Part shown: positions 29,237-39,382 of the stretch, in pieces
Layout: every line of letters begins with the position of its first letter
Numbering within the stretch: position 1 is the stretch's first letter
DNA from: Gammaproteobacteria bacterium
Lineage (GTDB): Bacteria; Pseudomonadota; Gammaproteobacteria; UBA6429; Thiohalophilaceae
Length of the DNA: 64,000 nt
NCBI GenBank assembly: GCA_016194635.1
Contig: JACQBC010000018.1
Span: 2,784 to 66,783, forward strand
Reading direction: 5' to 3'
The notes under the pieces: generated by a model
What the model saw: the letters and a program-made list of their open reading frames with translations, nothing else
What the model was told of the DNA's origin: nothing
The model's database searches: none
Position numbers and translations under genes: made by a program

Positions 29237-30673
29237 TTGAGCCACACTACAGATCATATACCCACCGCTACGCTGCTCGTGCGCGGTGCCGAGGTCGTCG
29301 TGACCATGGACAAGGATCGCCGCGAAATCCGCCATGGCAGCGTGATCACCGACGGCAACACGATTGCCTGGGTCGGCGACACGGCGGACATCGACGCTTG
29401 GATCGCCGCCAACCCGATTGCGCGCATGCCGAAAAAAATTATCGACGCGCGCGGCTGCATTGTACTGCCCGGCCTGATCAACGGCCATCACCATCTCTTT
29501 CAAACACTGACGCGATCGATCGGCACCGGCCCTGGACTGGTGTTGTTTGATTGGCTCAAGCGGCTCTATCCGTTGTGGGCGCAGATGGATGCCGAAGCGG
29601 TGCGTGTCAGCGCCAAGCTGGCGCTGTGCGAGTTGCTGCTATCGGGCGCGACCACGGTTGCGGACCATCTTTACCTGTTCCCCAACGGTGCACGGCTTGA
29701 TGACGAGATCGCCGCCGCGCAGCAACTCGGCGTGCGCTTCCATGCCACGCGCGGTTCGATGAGTCTGGGTGAAAGCAAGGGTGGCCTACCCCCCGACAGT
29801 GTGGTCGAAACCGAAACCGCAATCCTCGCCGACAGCTTACGCGTGATTGAAACTTTTCATGATCCCGCGCCCTACTCGATGTTGCGCATTGGCCTCGCGC
29901 CCTGTTCGCCGTTCAGCGTCAGCGCTAATTTGATGCGCGAAAGCGCACGCCTGGCGCGCGCCCATCCCAAGGTCGGCTTGCATACGCATCTTGCCGAAAC
30001 GATCGACGAAGATCGCTTTTGTCTACAGAAATTCGGCAAGCGCCCGATCGATTATGCCGAATCGGTCGAATGGCTAGGGCCCGACGTCTGGTTCGCTCAC
30101 ATGGTGCATCCGTCGGGTGACGACATCCATAAACTCGCTCGCAGCCACTGCGGCGTCTGTCACTGTGCTAGCAGTAATATGATCCTCGCCTCGGGCATCG
30201 CACCGCTGCGGGCAATGATCGATGCCGGCGTGCACCTAGGTCTGGGTGTTGATGGCTCCGCCAGCAACGACGGTAACCACATGCTCGGCGAAGCACGCCA
30301 GGCCATGCTGCTGCAGCGTGTCGGCTGGCCGGGTTTTGAATCGCGCGCCGATCGCGTGTCGGCACGCGACGCGCTCGCACTCGCCACGCGTGGCGGCGCG
30401 GCGATGCTCGCGCGCGATGACATCGGCAGTCTTGAGCCCGGTAAGGCCGCCGATCTGGTGGCTTTCCGGATCGATGGCATCGAACACGCGGGTGCGCACT
30501 TCGATCCGGTTGCCGCCTTGCTCACATGCACCCCGGGTCGGGCCTGGCTGTCGGTGATCAACGGTCGAATCGTGGTACAAGACGGCGCGTTGCCGGGTGT
30601 TGATCTTGGTCCGCTGATCGCGCGCCACAACAAAATCAGCCTGCGCATGTTGACCGACGCGGGGCTGGCATGA
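29237..30673 (+). CDS. Amidohydrolase-family deaminase (8-oxoguanine deaminase / hydroxyatrazine hydrolase-like)
   Basis: HxH metal motif (INGHHHLFQT) and the amidohydrolase fold. TTG/ATG start region near 29237-29305. Confidence 0.75.
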   Translation: MSHTTDHIPTATLLVRGAEVVVTMDKDRREIRHGSVITDGNTIAWVGDTADIDAWIAANPIARMPKKIIDARGCIVLPGLINGHHHLFQTLTRSIGTGPGLVLFDWLKRLYPLWAQMDAEAVRVSAKLALCELLLSGATTVADHLYLFPNGARLDDEIAAAQQLGVRFHATRGSMSLGESKGGLPPDSVVETETAILADSLRVIETFHDPAPYSMLRIGLAPCSPFSVSANLMRESARLARAHPKVGLHTHLAETIDEDRFCLQKFGKRPIDYAESVEWLGPDVWFAHMVHPSGDDIHKLARSHCGVCHCASSNMILASGIAPLRAMIDAGVHLGLGVDGSASNDGNHMLGEARQAMLLQRVGWPGFESRADRVSARDALALATRGGAAMLARDDIGSLEPGKAADLVAFRIDGIEHAGAHFDPVAALLTCTPGRAWLSVINGRIVVQDGALPGVDLGPLIARHNKISLRMLTDAGLA

Positions 30674-31146
30674 ACACAGACCTTGCGATTCACGAACAAT
30701 GGCTGCGCCGCGTGATCGCCGCGGCCGCGGCCGCGCGCGCGGCGGGCAACCACCCGTTCGCCGCGATCATCGTCGATGTGAAAGGCACCGTCCTTGCTGC
30801 AGCGTACAACGCCCACCACAGCGATCGCACCGGCCACGCCGAGATGATGGCGTTACGTCAGGCTTCAGCGAGCTGGCCGATTGAGCGTCTGCGTAACGCC
30901 ACGCTCTACACCAGCGCCGAACCCTGCGCCATGTGTGCAGGCGCCGCTTATTGGACAGGTATCTGTCGCGTGGTCTACGCGTTATCGGAACAGCGCCTGT
31001 TGCAGCTTACCGGCAACCACCCGCAAAACCCAACGCTTTCCCTGCCCTGTCGGCAGGTATTCGCCGCCGGTCAGCGCGAGGTAGAGGTAATGGGTCCCAT
31101 GCTGGAAGACGAAGCGGCAGTACCGCATGAAGGCTTCTGGTATTAA
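30670..31146 (+). CDS. Nucleoside/nucleobase deaminase (CDA fold, zinc-dependent)
   Basis: HAEMMAL ... PCAMCAGA zinc-binding motifs. The start overlaps the preceding stop. Confidence 0.8.
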   Translation: MNTDLAIHEQWLRRVIAAAAAARAAGNHPFAAIIVDVKGTVLAAAYNAHHSDRTGHAEMMALRQASASWPIERLRNATLYTSAEPCAMCAGAAYWTGICRVVYALSEQRLLQLTGNHPQNPTLSLPCRQVFAAGQREVEVMGPMLEDEAAVPHEGFWY

Positions 31147-31369
31147 GTGTTTAGTTTGGAGGAGTTGCAGGCTTGGCATCCGCCTAAGCTGGTATTCACT
31201 GCCCTGCCACTGCTGCGGTTGTTCGATTAGGAAAACCGCAGATAAAACACTACGGGAAGTTGCGCTACATCAGGTAGGATATGTCGGCGAGAGTGAATCG
31301 GAGGAGTTGTACTTCCATGCTCTCGTTGCCTACAGTCGCCGCGTGTGAACTATTTGGAGGACACCTGAT

Positions 31370-32143
31370 TTGACACCTGTTATACAAGTTGCAGCCGCTA
31401 CGGTGGGAATTCTGTGCGCTAACCTAGCCGTCGCCGATCCAGTCGCGGGCTACCCGCCGCCTGGTTATTACTTGGTGGATTCCGAAGCAGTCACCATTTA
31501 TGGCAGCGGCAGCGACCGCACCGAAACCACCGAGCGTGTCGATGCAGCCTCCGGCCAGCACACTGTGACGATCACCTCCTCGACAGATCCCGGACATCCG
31601 GTGACACGGATCTACAAGGGCGACGGCCCCGAGCACTGGTGTTTGTCGATCCTCCTCGCCAAGTCTGCGGCGGTGCACATCGGCACCGTCTGCAAGGGGC
31701 TGTCGCATACGGCCAACTCTCGCGGTTCCTCTGTGCGTGCCGATTGCTACAGCTACAATCTCGACCATAGATGGCGACGCATCGACGAGCGTATCTGGGA
31801 AAGATCATCAACAGCGACACCGCAGTCCAGTTCAAGCCCGACACCCGACTCGTCACAGGCGGCCGTCGAAATGGCGATGGCAGGTATGACCCCGGAACAA
31901 CGCGCCCGTACGCAAGCGGAACTGGCGTCGATCCCCTCGGTCAGCCAGGCGAACGCGGCAATGGCCCCGGTCATCGAGGCGCTGCAAGCGCAGATCCGCA
32001 CCGGCAACCCGCAAGAGGCGGCGCTTGCCCGACAGCAGTTGCGCGCGATCCGTGCGACCCTCGACAGCGGTGGCGCCGCGATTAACGAGGCCCGGTTGCA
32101 GCAACGCTGGACACGCGTGGCGGACACGTGCCCGGCGCGCTAG
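31370..32143 (+). CDS. Hypothetical secreted protein
   Basis: Signal peptide. Cys-containing N-terminal half and a Gln/Ala-rich helical C-terminal half. Confidence 0.45.
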   Translation: MTPVIQVAAATVGILCANLAVADPVAGYPPPGYYLVDSEAVTIYGSGSDRTETTERVDAASGQHTVTITSSTDPGHPVTRIYKGDGPEHWCLSILLAKSAAVHIGTVCKGLSHTANSRGSSVRADCYSYNLDHRWRRIDERIWERSSTATPQSSSSPTPDSSQAAVEMAMAGMTPEQRARTQAELASIPSVSQANAAMAPVIEALQAQIRTGNPQEAALARQQLRAIRATLDSGGAAINEARLQQRWTRVADTCPAR

Positions 32144-32391
32144 CGTACCATCGCTCGTCCTGTCTTCGCTCGGTCAAGCGCTAACCCAAATAAACGCTCA
32201 ATTTTATTAAATAGTGTGAAGCCTTGCTGGTAGCTCTTTGAGGATCGGATCTGGGACAAGGTCTTATCACACCGTAAATTGATCACGGATTGGATTAACA
32301 TGCCGACCTGAATCATCCAATGCGTGCATGTCGCGCGTGGACTGCCGACACCGATGCGTTGCACATCTGCCAAGCCCTACATTATTTTCTT

Positions 32392-32649
32392 TCAACCCCC
32401 GCTCAACGCTTGCACCAGGTACACGCAATCCGTTGGCTGGAGTCCCTGGGTGAGATCAAACACTTGTACTCCGTTCACAAAAAAACGCATGTGCGGGCGC
32501 ATCTGGTCTTGTTCATCGACAATGCGAAAACGTAGGCCAGGGTATTGGCGATCGAGATTGGCGAGTAGTTCAGTCAGCGTTGCACCACTGGCTTCCACGG
32601 TGTTCGATTTGGTGTATGACTGTAACGCGCTGGGGATCAGCACTTGCAT
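32392..32649 (-). CDS. MoaD/ThiS-family sulfur-carrier-like protein
   Basis: 85 aa ending in Gly-Gly. Confidence 0.7.
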   Translation of the reverse strand: MQVLIPSALQSYTKSNTVEASGATLTELLANLDRQYPGLRFRIVDEQDQMRPHMRFFVNGVQVFDLTQGLQPTDCVYLVQALSGG

Positions 32650-32658
32650 CGTATAATC

Positions 32659-33849
32659 TCAACCCAGCTCCGCGACTTCCACGGAATAGATTTCAGGCAG
32701 ATGACGTGCGATACAACGCCATTGCTTGCCTTCGTCGCGGCTCATCCACACCTCACCGGCGGTTGTGCCAAGATATAAACCCACGGGATCGTAGTGATCC
32801 GCGGTCATGGCCTGCCGTTTGACCGTCCACCAGGCTTGGCTGTTCGGTAACCCCGTGTCGAGGCGTTGCCAGCTTTTACCGGCGTTGCGCGTCACATACG
32901 CGGCGGGTTTACCTTCCGGACTGGTCCGTGGCCACACCGTTTGACCGTCCATGGGAAACACCCACACGGTATTGGCATCACGCGGATGTACCACCATCGG
33001 AAAACCGATGTCACCGACGCGCTTGGGCATGCTCTTGCCGATGCGTTGCCATTCGTTGGAGGGTCGATCAAGCCGATAGATACCGCAGTGATTCTGCTGA
33101 TACAACCGATCGGGATTACTTGGACAAAGTCGCACGCAATGCGGATCATGGAAGGCGATATTGGCGGCGTCGAAACCATTGACCACTTCCATGCCTTTCA
33201 CCAGTGTCGTAAAGGTCCGGCCGCCATCGATGGACTCGTGCACTCCACCGCCTGACATCGCAAAATAAAGATGTTTTGGATCACGCGGGTCCACCATGAT
33301 CGAATGTAGCTTGGGGCCGTCCGGCGTGCCGTCTTGTGCACTGCCCATCCACGCGCGGTACTGGGCATCGTCATTGATATAGGAAAACGCTGCCCAGGTA
33401 TCGCCACCGTCCTCTGAGCGAAACAATCCTTGCGGGGAGGTCCCGGCGTACCACGCCTTCGGTTCGTTCGCGTGGCAAGGCGTCAACCAAAACGTGTGGT
33501 CCACCGCACGGCCTGGCCCAGTCATGGCTTTGGTAAACGCAGGCGGTTTAGTTGCTTCCTTCCAAGTGCGGCCTTGATTGGTGGAACGAAACACGGTGGG
33601 CCCGAGGTGGCCGGTTTTCGCGGCCGCCAATAAGGTGCGGCCATCGCGCGGGTCGAGCACCACGTGATTAATAATGTGGCCCAGGAAATGCGGTCCGTCA
33701 CATCGCCAGGACTTGCGCGCCGGATCACCGTGGAATAACCAGGCGCCTTTGCGTGTCGCCACCAGTACTACGACCCGGCGCGGGGCCTTCTTGGTGCGGA
33801 CAGTGATTGTTTTCTTACGAGTAGCGGGTTTTCGGGTCGTGCGTGCCAT
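32659..33849 (-). CDS. BNR/Asp-box repeat protein (sialidase-like beta-propeller)
   Basis: Several S-x-D-x-G-x-T-W/F Asp-box repeats (SEDGGDTW, STNQGRTW, SIDGGRTF, TRNAGKSW, SRDEGKQW). Very basic N-terminus. Confidence 0.7.
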   Translation of the reverse strand: MARTTRKPATRKKTITVRTKKAPRRVVVLVATRKGAWLFHGDPARKSWRCDGPHFLGHIINHVVLDPRDGRTLLAAAKTGHLGPTVFRSTNQGRTWKEATKPPAFTKAMTGPGRAVDHTFWLTPCHANEPKAWYAGTSPQGLFRSEDGGDTWAAFSYINDDAQYRAWMGSAQDGTPDGPKLHSIMVDPRDPKHLYFAMSGGGVHESIDGGRTFTTLVKGMEVVNGFDAANIAFHDPHCVRLCPSNPDRLYQQNHCGIYRLDRPSNEWQRIGKSMPKRVGDIGFPMVVHPRDANTVWVFPMDGQTVWPRTSPEGKPAAYVTRNAGKSWQRLDTGLPNSQAWWTVKRQAMTADHYDPVGLYLGTTAGEVWMSRDEGKQWRCIARHLPEIYSVEVAELG

Positions 33850-34004
33850 AGTCTCTCCCTAGTGAATTCACCTATCAATTTTAGGCAATCGTGCGATTCC
33901 ATCAATAGGGTAGGTAAAAAATTATCTACCCGGCTCTGTTCAAAATTGCTCCTGACTATTTTGTCGAAGCTAAGGGTTCGTATTCCAATGCGGATTTATT
34001 TTTT

Positions 34005-34078
34005 TGGCTGGGGAACTAGGATTCGAACCTAGATTGACGGAGTCAGAGTCCGTAGTCCTGCCGTTGGACGATTCCCCA
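34005..34078 (-). tRNA. tRNA-Gln (anticodon CUG), CCA encoded
   Basis: Cloverleaf deduced by hand. Conserved UGGGG 5' end, D-loop with GG, anticodon loop CUCUGAC, T-arm GGTTCGAATCC, 3' CCAGCCA. Confidence 0.85.
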
Positions 34079-34083
34079 AATGC

Positions 34084-34117
34084 AAAACGCTCGATCCAAG
34101 TGTAGATCGAGCGTTTT
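34084..34117 (-). terminator. Rho-independent terminator downstream of rpsI (12-bp perfect stem)
   Basis: AAACGCTCGATC-N8-GATCGAGCGTTTT immediately after the rpsI stop. Confidence 0.7.
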
Positions 34118-34137
34118 GTAATGTGAACAACCGGAGA

Positions 34138-34530
34138 TTAACGTTTCGAGAATTGTGGACGGCGACGCGCTTTGTGCAAGCCCACTTTCTTACGTTCCAC
34201 TTCGCGCGCATCGCGGGTCACAAACCCGGCTTTACGCAAGGACGAACGCAGTGTTTCGTCGTAGTCCATCAAGGCGCGGGTAATACCATGACGGATAGCG
34301 CCGGCCTGGCCGCTGTTGCCGCCACCGGCGACAAACACCTTGATATCAAATTTATCTGTGGCATTGGCCACTTGCAAGGGCTGACGCACGATCATGCGCG
34401 AGGTCTTGCGACCAAAATAGATATCCAGCGGCTGCTCATTAACGACAATATTGCCGCTGCCCGGAGTGATGTACACCCGTGCCGTGGAACTCTTACGCCG
34501 ACCGGTACCGTAATTCTGTTGTTGTGCCAT
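34138..34530 (-). CDS. rpsI: 30S ribosomal protein S9
   Basis: Conserved S9 sequence ending ...RRPQFSKR. Confidence 0.95.
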   Translation of the reverse strand: MAQQQNYGTGRRKSSTARVYITPGSGNIVVNEQPLDIYFGRKTSRMIVRQPLQVANATDKFDIKVFVAGGGNSGQAGAIRHGITRALMDYDETLRSSLRKAGFVTRDAREVERKKVGLHKARRRPQFSKR

Positions 34531-34545
34531 GGGGTTCCTTTTACT

Positions 34546-34977
34546 TTAGAGCTTCAATTCTTGCGGTTGCTGCGCGCTGTGTTGATGCGCCGCTCCTGCA
34601 TAGACTTTTAATTTGCGAAACATTGCGCGGCCCAGGGGATTTTTCGGTAACATGCCCTTGACGGCGATTTCAATGATCTGTTCGGGGGCCTTGATGCGGA
34701 GTTTTTCCGCAGAGATGGATTTAATTCCACCGGGATAGCCACTGTGATGATGATAGAATTTGTCGGTTTCTTTGTTACCGGTGAGTTTTACCTTCTCCGC
34801 GTTCACTACGATGATGTAATCACCGGTATCCACGTGCGGGGTGAACTCGGCCTTGTGTTTGCCACGCAGGCGACGGGCCACTTCGGTGGCCAAACGGCCC
34901 ACGGCCAAACCGGTGGCATCGACCACATACCAGTCACGTTTGACGGTTTGCGGTTTGGCGGAAATCGTCGTTTTCAT
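34546..34977 (-). CDS. rplM: 50S ribosomal protein L13
   Basis: Conserved L13 sequence ([21 protein letters not shown]...). Confidence 0.95.
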   Translation of the reverse strand: MKTTISAKPQTVKRDWYVVDATGLAVGRLATEVARRLRGKHKAEFTPHVDTGDYIIVVNAEKVKLTGNKETDKFYHHHSGYPGGIKSISAEKLRIKAPEQIIEIAVKGMLPKNPLGRAMFRKLKVYAGAAHQHSAQQPQELKL

Positions 34978-35127
34978 TGTTACATCTGCTCCAAAACATG
35001 TGCCTCGCCCAAGTCAGGCGAAAAAGAGGCGAAATGGTAAAGAAATTCCGGGGTTGAGACAAGCCCTAGAAGGTGGTGGTTTGAATATATATTGGTACAA
35101 GTGGCAAGAAAGGTAGAAAAACGCCGC

Positions 35128-35176
35128 GCAAAAAAAATAGGCGCGGTAAAGGGGGGAACCGCGCCTGATACTTAAT
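35128..35176 (-). terminator. Rho-independent terminator after the ABC-2 exporter operon
   Basis: GGCGCGGT...ACCGCGCC hairpin followed by a T-run on the minus strand. Confidence 0.6.
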
Positions 35177-35339
35177 ACCACCATTAAGGAGGATGGAGGA
35201 GTCAATAAACCAACGCCCAGGAGGACATTGATTTAGTGATTGCTAATATACTAATCTGCTGAACCGGTGTCAATGCTCGCCTTAAGTTTAATCTTTAGGG
35301 CTCAGTGAACAAGACTTAACCATCTGATTTTACAACTGA

Positions 35340-36122
35340 TTATGTCAGCAAACGTCGGCCCACCAAGCGGATCGCCAGTGGAACCGCCAGCGCGATATAC
35401 CCCCCGATCACGCCCAGATGCAGGATAACATCGCTGTTGTGTTGCCCGAGCATCAACGGCCGGATCAGGCCGATGGCATGGTAGAGGGGTAAACACTTGG
35501 CCCCGATTTGGAGCAGCTGGGGCATACCGTCAACGGGAAAGAACACACCGCTCAACAACATCATCGGTGTTATCAACAAGGTGACGTAATAGAGAAAAAA
35601 ATCGTAATTCTTGGCCACCGCCGTGATCACCACGGCCATCGCGCCAAAACAAATACCCACAATCCAGGCCAGGGGCAGCACCCACAGTGCCCGGGCGTCG
35701 GCCACCAGCCCCATCAAGGTGGCGATTAAGAGGATGGCCGCGGTGCTGATTAAGCCCTTGCTCCCCGCCCAGATAATTTCACCTATGACCACATCGCGCA
35801 GGGACAGGGGCGTGGTCATCATGCCCACCCAGGTTCCCTGCATGATCATCCGCGTGTAGGCGGAGTACATGCCTTCAAACGAGGCGGTGTTCATGGCGCT
35901 GGCGCAGGCCATGCCCGAGGCCAAATAGTGCAGATACGGCACGCCCGCCATGTCGCTGCTCATGAAACTGCCCAGGCCGTAACCCAGGGCGAGTAAATAC
36001 AACAGCGGTTCGACAATATTGCCCAACATGGCCGGTTTGAATAATTTGTACCACACCGCGAAATTACGCTGCCAGACAGGTACCCAACGCCACAGGGCTG
36101 GTAAAAATAATGCCCGTCTCAT
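35340..36122 (-). CDS. ABC-2 type transporter permease
   Basis: Six-TM ABC-2 permease. Start MRRALFLP overlaps the ATPase stop (ATGA). Confidence 0.8.
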   Translation of the reverse strand: MRRALFLPALWRWVPVWQRNFAVWYKLFKPAMLGNIVEPLLYLLALGYGLGSFMSSDMAGVPYLHYLASGMACASAMNTASFEGMYSAYTRMIMQGTWVGMMTTPLSLRDVVIGEIIWAGSKGLISTAAILLIATLMGLVADARALWVLPLAWIVGICFGAMAVVITAVAKNYDFFLYYVTLLITPMMLLSGVFFPVDGMPQLLQIGAKCLPLYHAIGLIRPLMLGQHNSDVILHLGVIGGYIALAVPLAIRLVGRRLLT

Positions 36123-37078
36123 TCGCGCAGATCCCGGCCGGTGAGTTTCAAGAAGACGTCTTCTAAGGTTGCGCGGCGGTGCAAGAAGCGCAGGTTTTCG
36201 CGCTGACACATCGCCATGACATTGGGGTCTTCCTGTGACATATAGATAAATACGGTCTCGCCCACCTGTTCGATACGCGCGCTGCGCGGCAGTGACCCGT
36301 CGGCCAGAGATGCCGCCTGTACCCCGTTACCATACACTTCGACCACATAGGGTTCGATGTGTTGTTGGATCAAGGCGTCGGGGGAACCTTGGGTGATAAT
36401 ACGGCCGTGATCGATGATCGCCAGGCGGTCACATAAACGTTGCGCCTCTTCCATATAGTGAGTAGTTAAAATCAAGGTTTTGCCTTGTTGTTTTAATTCC
36501 CGCAACCGTTGCCAGATCATTTGTCGCGCTTGCGGATCCAGCCCGGTGGTGGGTTCATCCAAGATTAAAATCTGCGGATCATTGATCAAAGCCCGCGCCA
36601 AGGTTAAACGCCGTTTCATTCCACCGGAGAGGGTATCGATCGGTGCGTCGGTTTTATGTTGCAAATTGGCGAACACCAGTAACTGGGTAATACGTGTCTC
36701 CACCGCAGCGCCACGCAACCCAAAATAACTGGCATAGGTGCGTAAATTTTCCGCCACCGTGAAATCCGGATCCAGATTATCCAATTGCGGTACCACGCCG
36801 ATACGCGCCCGCGCTTCACGCGCCACGGCTGGGATGGGATGTCCGAGGATGGTGAGGCTACCCGATTCAGGCAGGGTTAGACCTAAAAACATCCGCAGGG
36901 TAGTGGTCTTGCCCGCGCCGTTGGGGCCGAGCAAACCAAAACATTCTCCCGCCTGGATCATCAGATCGATATTATCCACGACCCGTTGGCCTTGATACGA
37001 TTTGCACAGCGCTTGGGCGCGGATCACCGCGTTATCGACCTGCACTAGCGGTCCTGAAGTGGGAGGTGTTGCAAACAC
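36119..37078 (-). CDS. ABC transporter ATP-binding protein (ABC-2 exporter partner)
   Basis: Walker A GPNGAGKTT, signature LSGGMKRR, Walker B ILILDEPT. Confidence 0.9.
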   Translation of the reverse strand: MFATPPTSGPLVQVDNAVIRAQALCKSYQGQRVVDNIDLMIQAGECFGLLGPNGAGKTTTLRMFLGLTLPESGSLTILGHPIPAVAREARARIGVVPQLDNLDPDFTVAENLRTYASYFGLRGAAVETRITQLLVFANLQHKTDAPIDTLSGGMKRRLTLARALINDPQILILDEPTTGLDPQARQMIWQRLRELKQQGKTLILTTHYMEEAQRLCDRLAIIDHGRIITQGSPDALIQQHIEPYVVEVYGNGVQAASLADGSLPRSARIEQVGETVFIYMSQEDPNVMAMCQRENLRFLHRRATLEDVFLKLTGRDLRE

Positions 37079-37677
37079 GCGTTGCGTAACAAGGTAAGTT
37101 TGCCGTGAAAAAAGTGGCCTACCTCATCTAGCCATACTTGCACGGGCGGGTTGGATTGTAAGGCCAACCAGTGTTTTACCTGCAAAGCGGACACCACCTC
37201 ATCGTGCGAGTCCATTACCAGTAACCAAGGGATGCGGTTGATCCTAAGTTGGTTAACGTCATACAACGGCACGGCCGGGGCCACCAAGGTTAAATACTGT
37301 GCCTGGGCAGGTTCGTGCGCCGCGGCCGCGATATAGCCGCCAAAAGAAAACCCTGCCAACCAACAGATTGCAGCCGGATGCTGTGCCCGCATCCACTGCA
37401 CCACGCTCAGCAGATCCTCTTGCTCACCCCGGCCGTCATCAAACTGGCCCAAGGATTGCCCCACGCCGCGAAAATTAAACCGTAACACCGCCAAGCCGCT
37501 GTCAAAATAGGTTTTAGCCAAGGTATGTACCACTTTATTGTTTAAGCTGCCGCCGTGTTGCGGGTGCGGATGACAACACACCACAAACGGCTGGGTGTCA
37601 TGCCAGCTGGAAGGTCGCGCGAGTTTAACCTCGAGCTGCCCCGCCGGGCCTGCGATTAAAAAATCCTGTTGTTGCAC
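37045..37677 (-). CDS. Alpha/beta-fold hydrolase
   Basis: GFSFGG nucleophile elbow and overall esterase-like layout. Confidence 0.7.
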   Translation of the reverse strand: MQQQDFLIAGPAGQLEVKLARPSSWHDTQPFVVCCHPHPQHGGSLNNKVVHTLAKTYFDSGLAVLRFNFRGVGQSLGQFDDGRGEQEDLLSVVQWMRAQHPAAICWLAGFSFGGYIAAAAHEPAQAQYLTLVAPAVPLYDVNQLRINRIPWLLVMDSHDEVVSALQVKHWLALQSNPPVQVWLDEVGHFFHGKLTLLRNACLQHLPLQDR

Positions 37678-37683
37678 CGTCGT

Positions 37684-37992
37684 CTAAATCCGCAAGCGTT
37701 CGACCACGCGACCCTGTTGCAGGTGTTCACGTAGGATCTCGTCCAAGTCCTTTTCGTCCACGTAGGTATACCATACCGCGTCGGGGTAAATAACCAGGGT
37801 GGGCCCGAGTTCACAGCGGCCTAAACATCCCGCGATATTGATCCGCACCCCGCCTTCGGCGTGTAAACCCAGTTCCTTGCTGCGCGCCTTGAGGTAATCG
37901 CGCATCCGCCGTGAATCGAAATTGGCGCAGCAATCTTCGCCCGGCTCACGCTGGTTGGTACACATAAACACATGATAACGATAAAACGCCAT
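37684..37992 (-). CDS. Thioredoxin-like [2Fe-2S] ferredoxin
   Basis: Cys pattern C..C......C...C in about 100 aa (FMCTNQ...CCANF...CLGRCELGP). Confidence 0.75.
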   Translation of the reverse strand: MAFYRYHVFMCTNQREPGEDCCANFDSRRMRDYLKARSKELGLHAEGGVRINIAGCLGRCELGPTLVIYPDAVWYTYVDEKDLDEILREHLQQGRVVERLRI

Positions 37993-38070
37993 GGGGCTGT
38001 TCCTTCGCAAGCCGGGGTGTTATAACAACGGTTCGCCCATCATACTCGGATCGACAGTACAGCAACAGCC

Positions 38071-39333
38071 GTGAACCTCGCCGCCCAAATTCTTTCTCTC
38101 GCCGACCAATGCGTCAAATGCGGGATCTGCCTGCCGTATTGTCCGACCTATACCGCGCAGCACAATGAAGTCGAATCTCCGCGCGGACGGATCGCCCTGT
38201 GCCAGGCGCTGGCCTGCGGCCTTGCGCCCGTCGACTCGTCGATACTGCAACATTTGGACAGTTGTTTACAATGCCGCAGTTGCGAACAAGCCTGCCCCTC
38301 AGGGGTGGCCTACCATCACCTCTATACCCGCACGTATCAGTGGCTGCGCACGACCCGTGGGAAAACCCATCGCAGCTGGCTGAGTCAGACCCTCTTACGT
38401 CCACGCTTGCTGGCCGTCATGAATATGGTGTTGTGGTGTTATCAACGTAGCGGCTTGGCGTATCTATTGCGGGTGAGTCAGATCCTCGCCGCGCTTGGCC
38501 TCGCGCAGCGTGAAGCGTGGCTACCACGGTTACGCTTGTGGCCATTACCCGTGGCAAGATCCGCGCAAGCCACAGCGCGCGGACGAATTGCAGTATTTAC
38601 CGGCTGTGTCGGGCGTTATTTTGAACGCGAGGCGATCGAAGCCACCGCCTCGATCGCAACCCGGGCGGGATACCAGGTTGATTTCTTGCCGCAACAACGC
38701 TGTTGTGGCGCGCTGGCGCACCACCAAGGAGAGGTAGCTACCAGCCTGGCCCTGGCGCGCGCCAATATTCAACTCTTTAGCCGCTACGATTACGATGCTA
38801 TCTTGTTTCTCAGCAGCGGTTGTGCGATGCAATTGCGTCACTACGCAGACTTGGACTGGCAAACCCCAGCCGATAAAGCAGCGGCGCAAGGCTTCGTTAA
38901 TAAATTACACGAGACCTGTGATTGGATCGAACGCCACACCGAACCTTCAACGCAGACGACCCATAACACCCGCGTGGTTATTCATGCGCCTTGCTCGCAC
39001 CGCAATGTCATAGGTAACACCCAGGCGGTGGAAAAATTGCTGCGGCGTATTACCGGCATCACACTGGAAAAGTTACCAGCCCAGGGCTGTTGTGGGGGGG
39101 CCGGCGATTATGTGGTTCGTAATCCGATACTCGCGGCGCAAGTACGCGAACCGCTCTTGGATGCCGTGGTGGCGCTACAACCCCAGTTTCTAGTGACCAC
39201 CAACCTCGGTTGTTGTTTATCGCTCGCGGCAGGATTACGCGATCAGCGACAAAACATTACCGTGTTGCACCCATTAACCTTTTACGCACAAGCATTAACC
39301 ACCCCCTCGCCCCTTGGGAGCAGGCCGGGGTGA
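38071..39333 (+). CDS. glcF: GlcF-like Fe-S oxidoreductase (two 4Fe-4S ferredoxin motifs + two CCG domains)
   Basis: CVKCGICLPYCP and CLQCRSCEQACP ferredoxin motifs. CCGALAHH and GCCGG CCG-domain motifs. Confidence 0.75.
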   Translation: MNLAAQILSLADQCVKCGICLPYCPTYTAQHNEVESPRGRIALCQALACGLAPVDSSILQHLDSCLQCRSCEQACPSGVAYHHLYTRTYQWLRTTRGKTHRSWLSQTLLRPRLLAVMNMVLWCYQRSGLAYLLRVSQILAALGLAQREAWLPRLRLWPLPVARSAQATARGRIAVFTGCVGRYFEREAIEATASIATRAGYQVDFLPQQRCCGALAHHQGEVATSLALARANIQLFSRYDYDAILFLSSGCAMQLRHYADLDWQTPADKAAAQGFVNKLHETCDWIERHTEPSTQTTHNTRVVIHAPCSHRNVIGNTQAVEKLLRRITGITLEKLPAQGCCGGAGDYVVRNPILAAQVREPLLDAVVALQPQFLVTTNLGCCLSLAAGLRDQRQNITVLHPLTFYAQALTTPSPLGSRPG

Positions 39334-39382
39334 GGGGGTTGATAACTTGCATCCAAATGATTTAGGCATTATGGTTAACACT

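Noticed and set aside
37045-37078. 34-nt overlap between the alpha/beta hydrolase and the ABC ATPase as a sign of a frameshift or fusion
   Set aside because: Both proteins are complete with their own N-terminal motifs. The ATPase may simply start at a downstream alternative codon.
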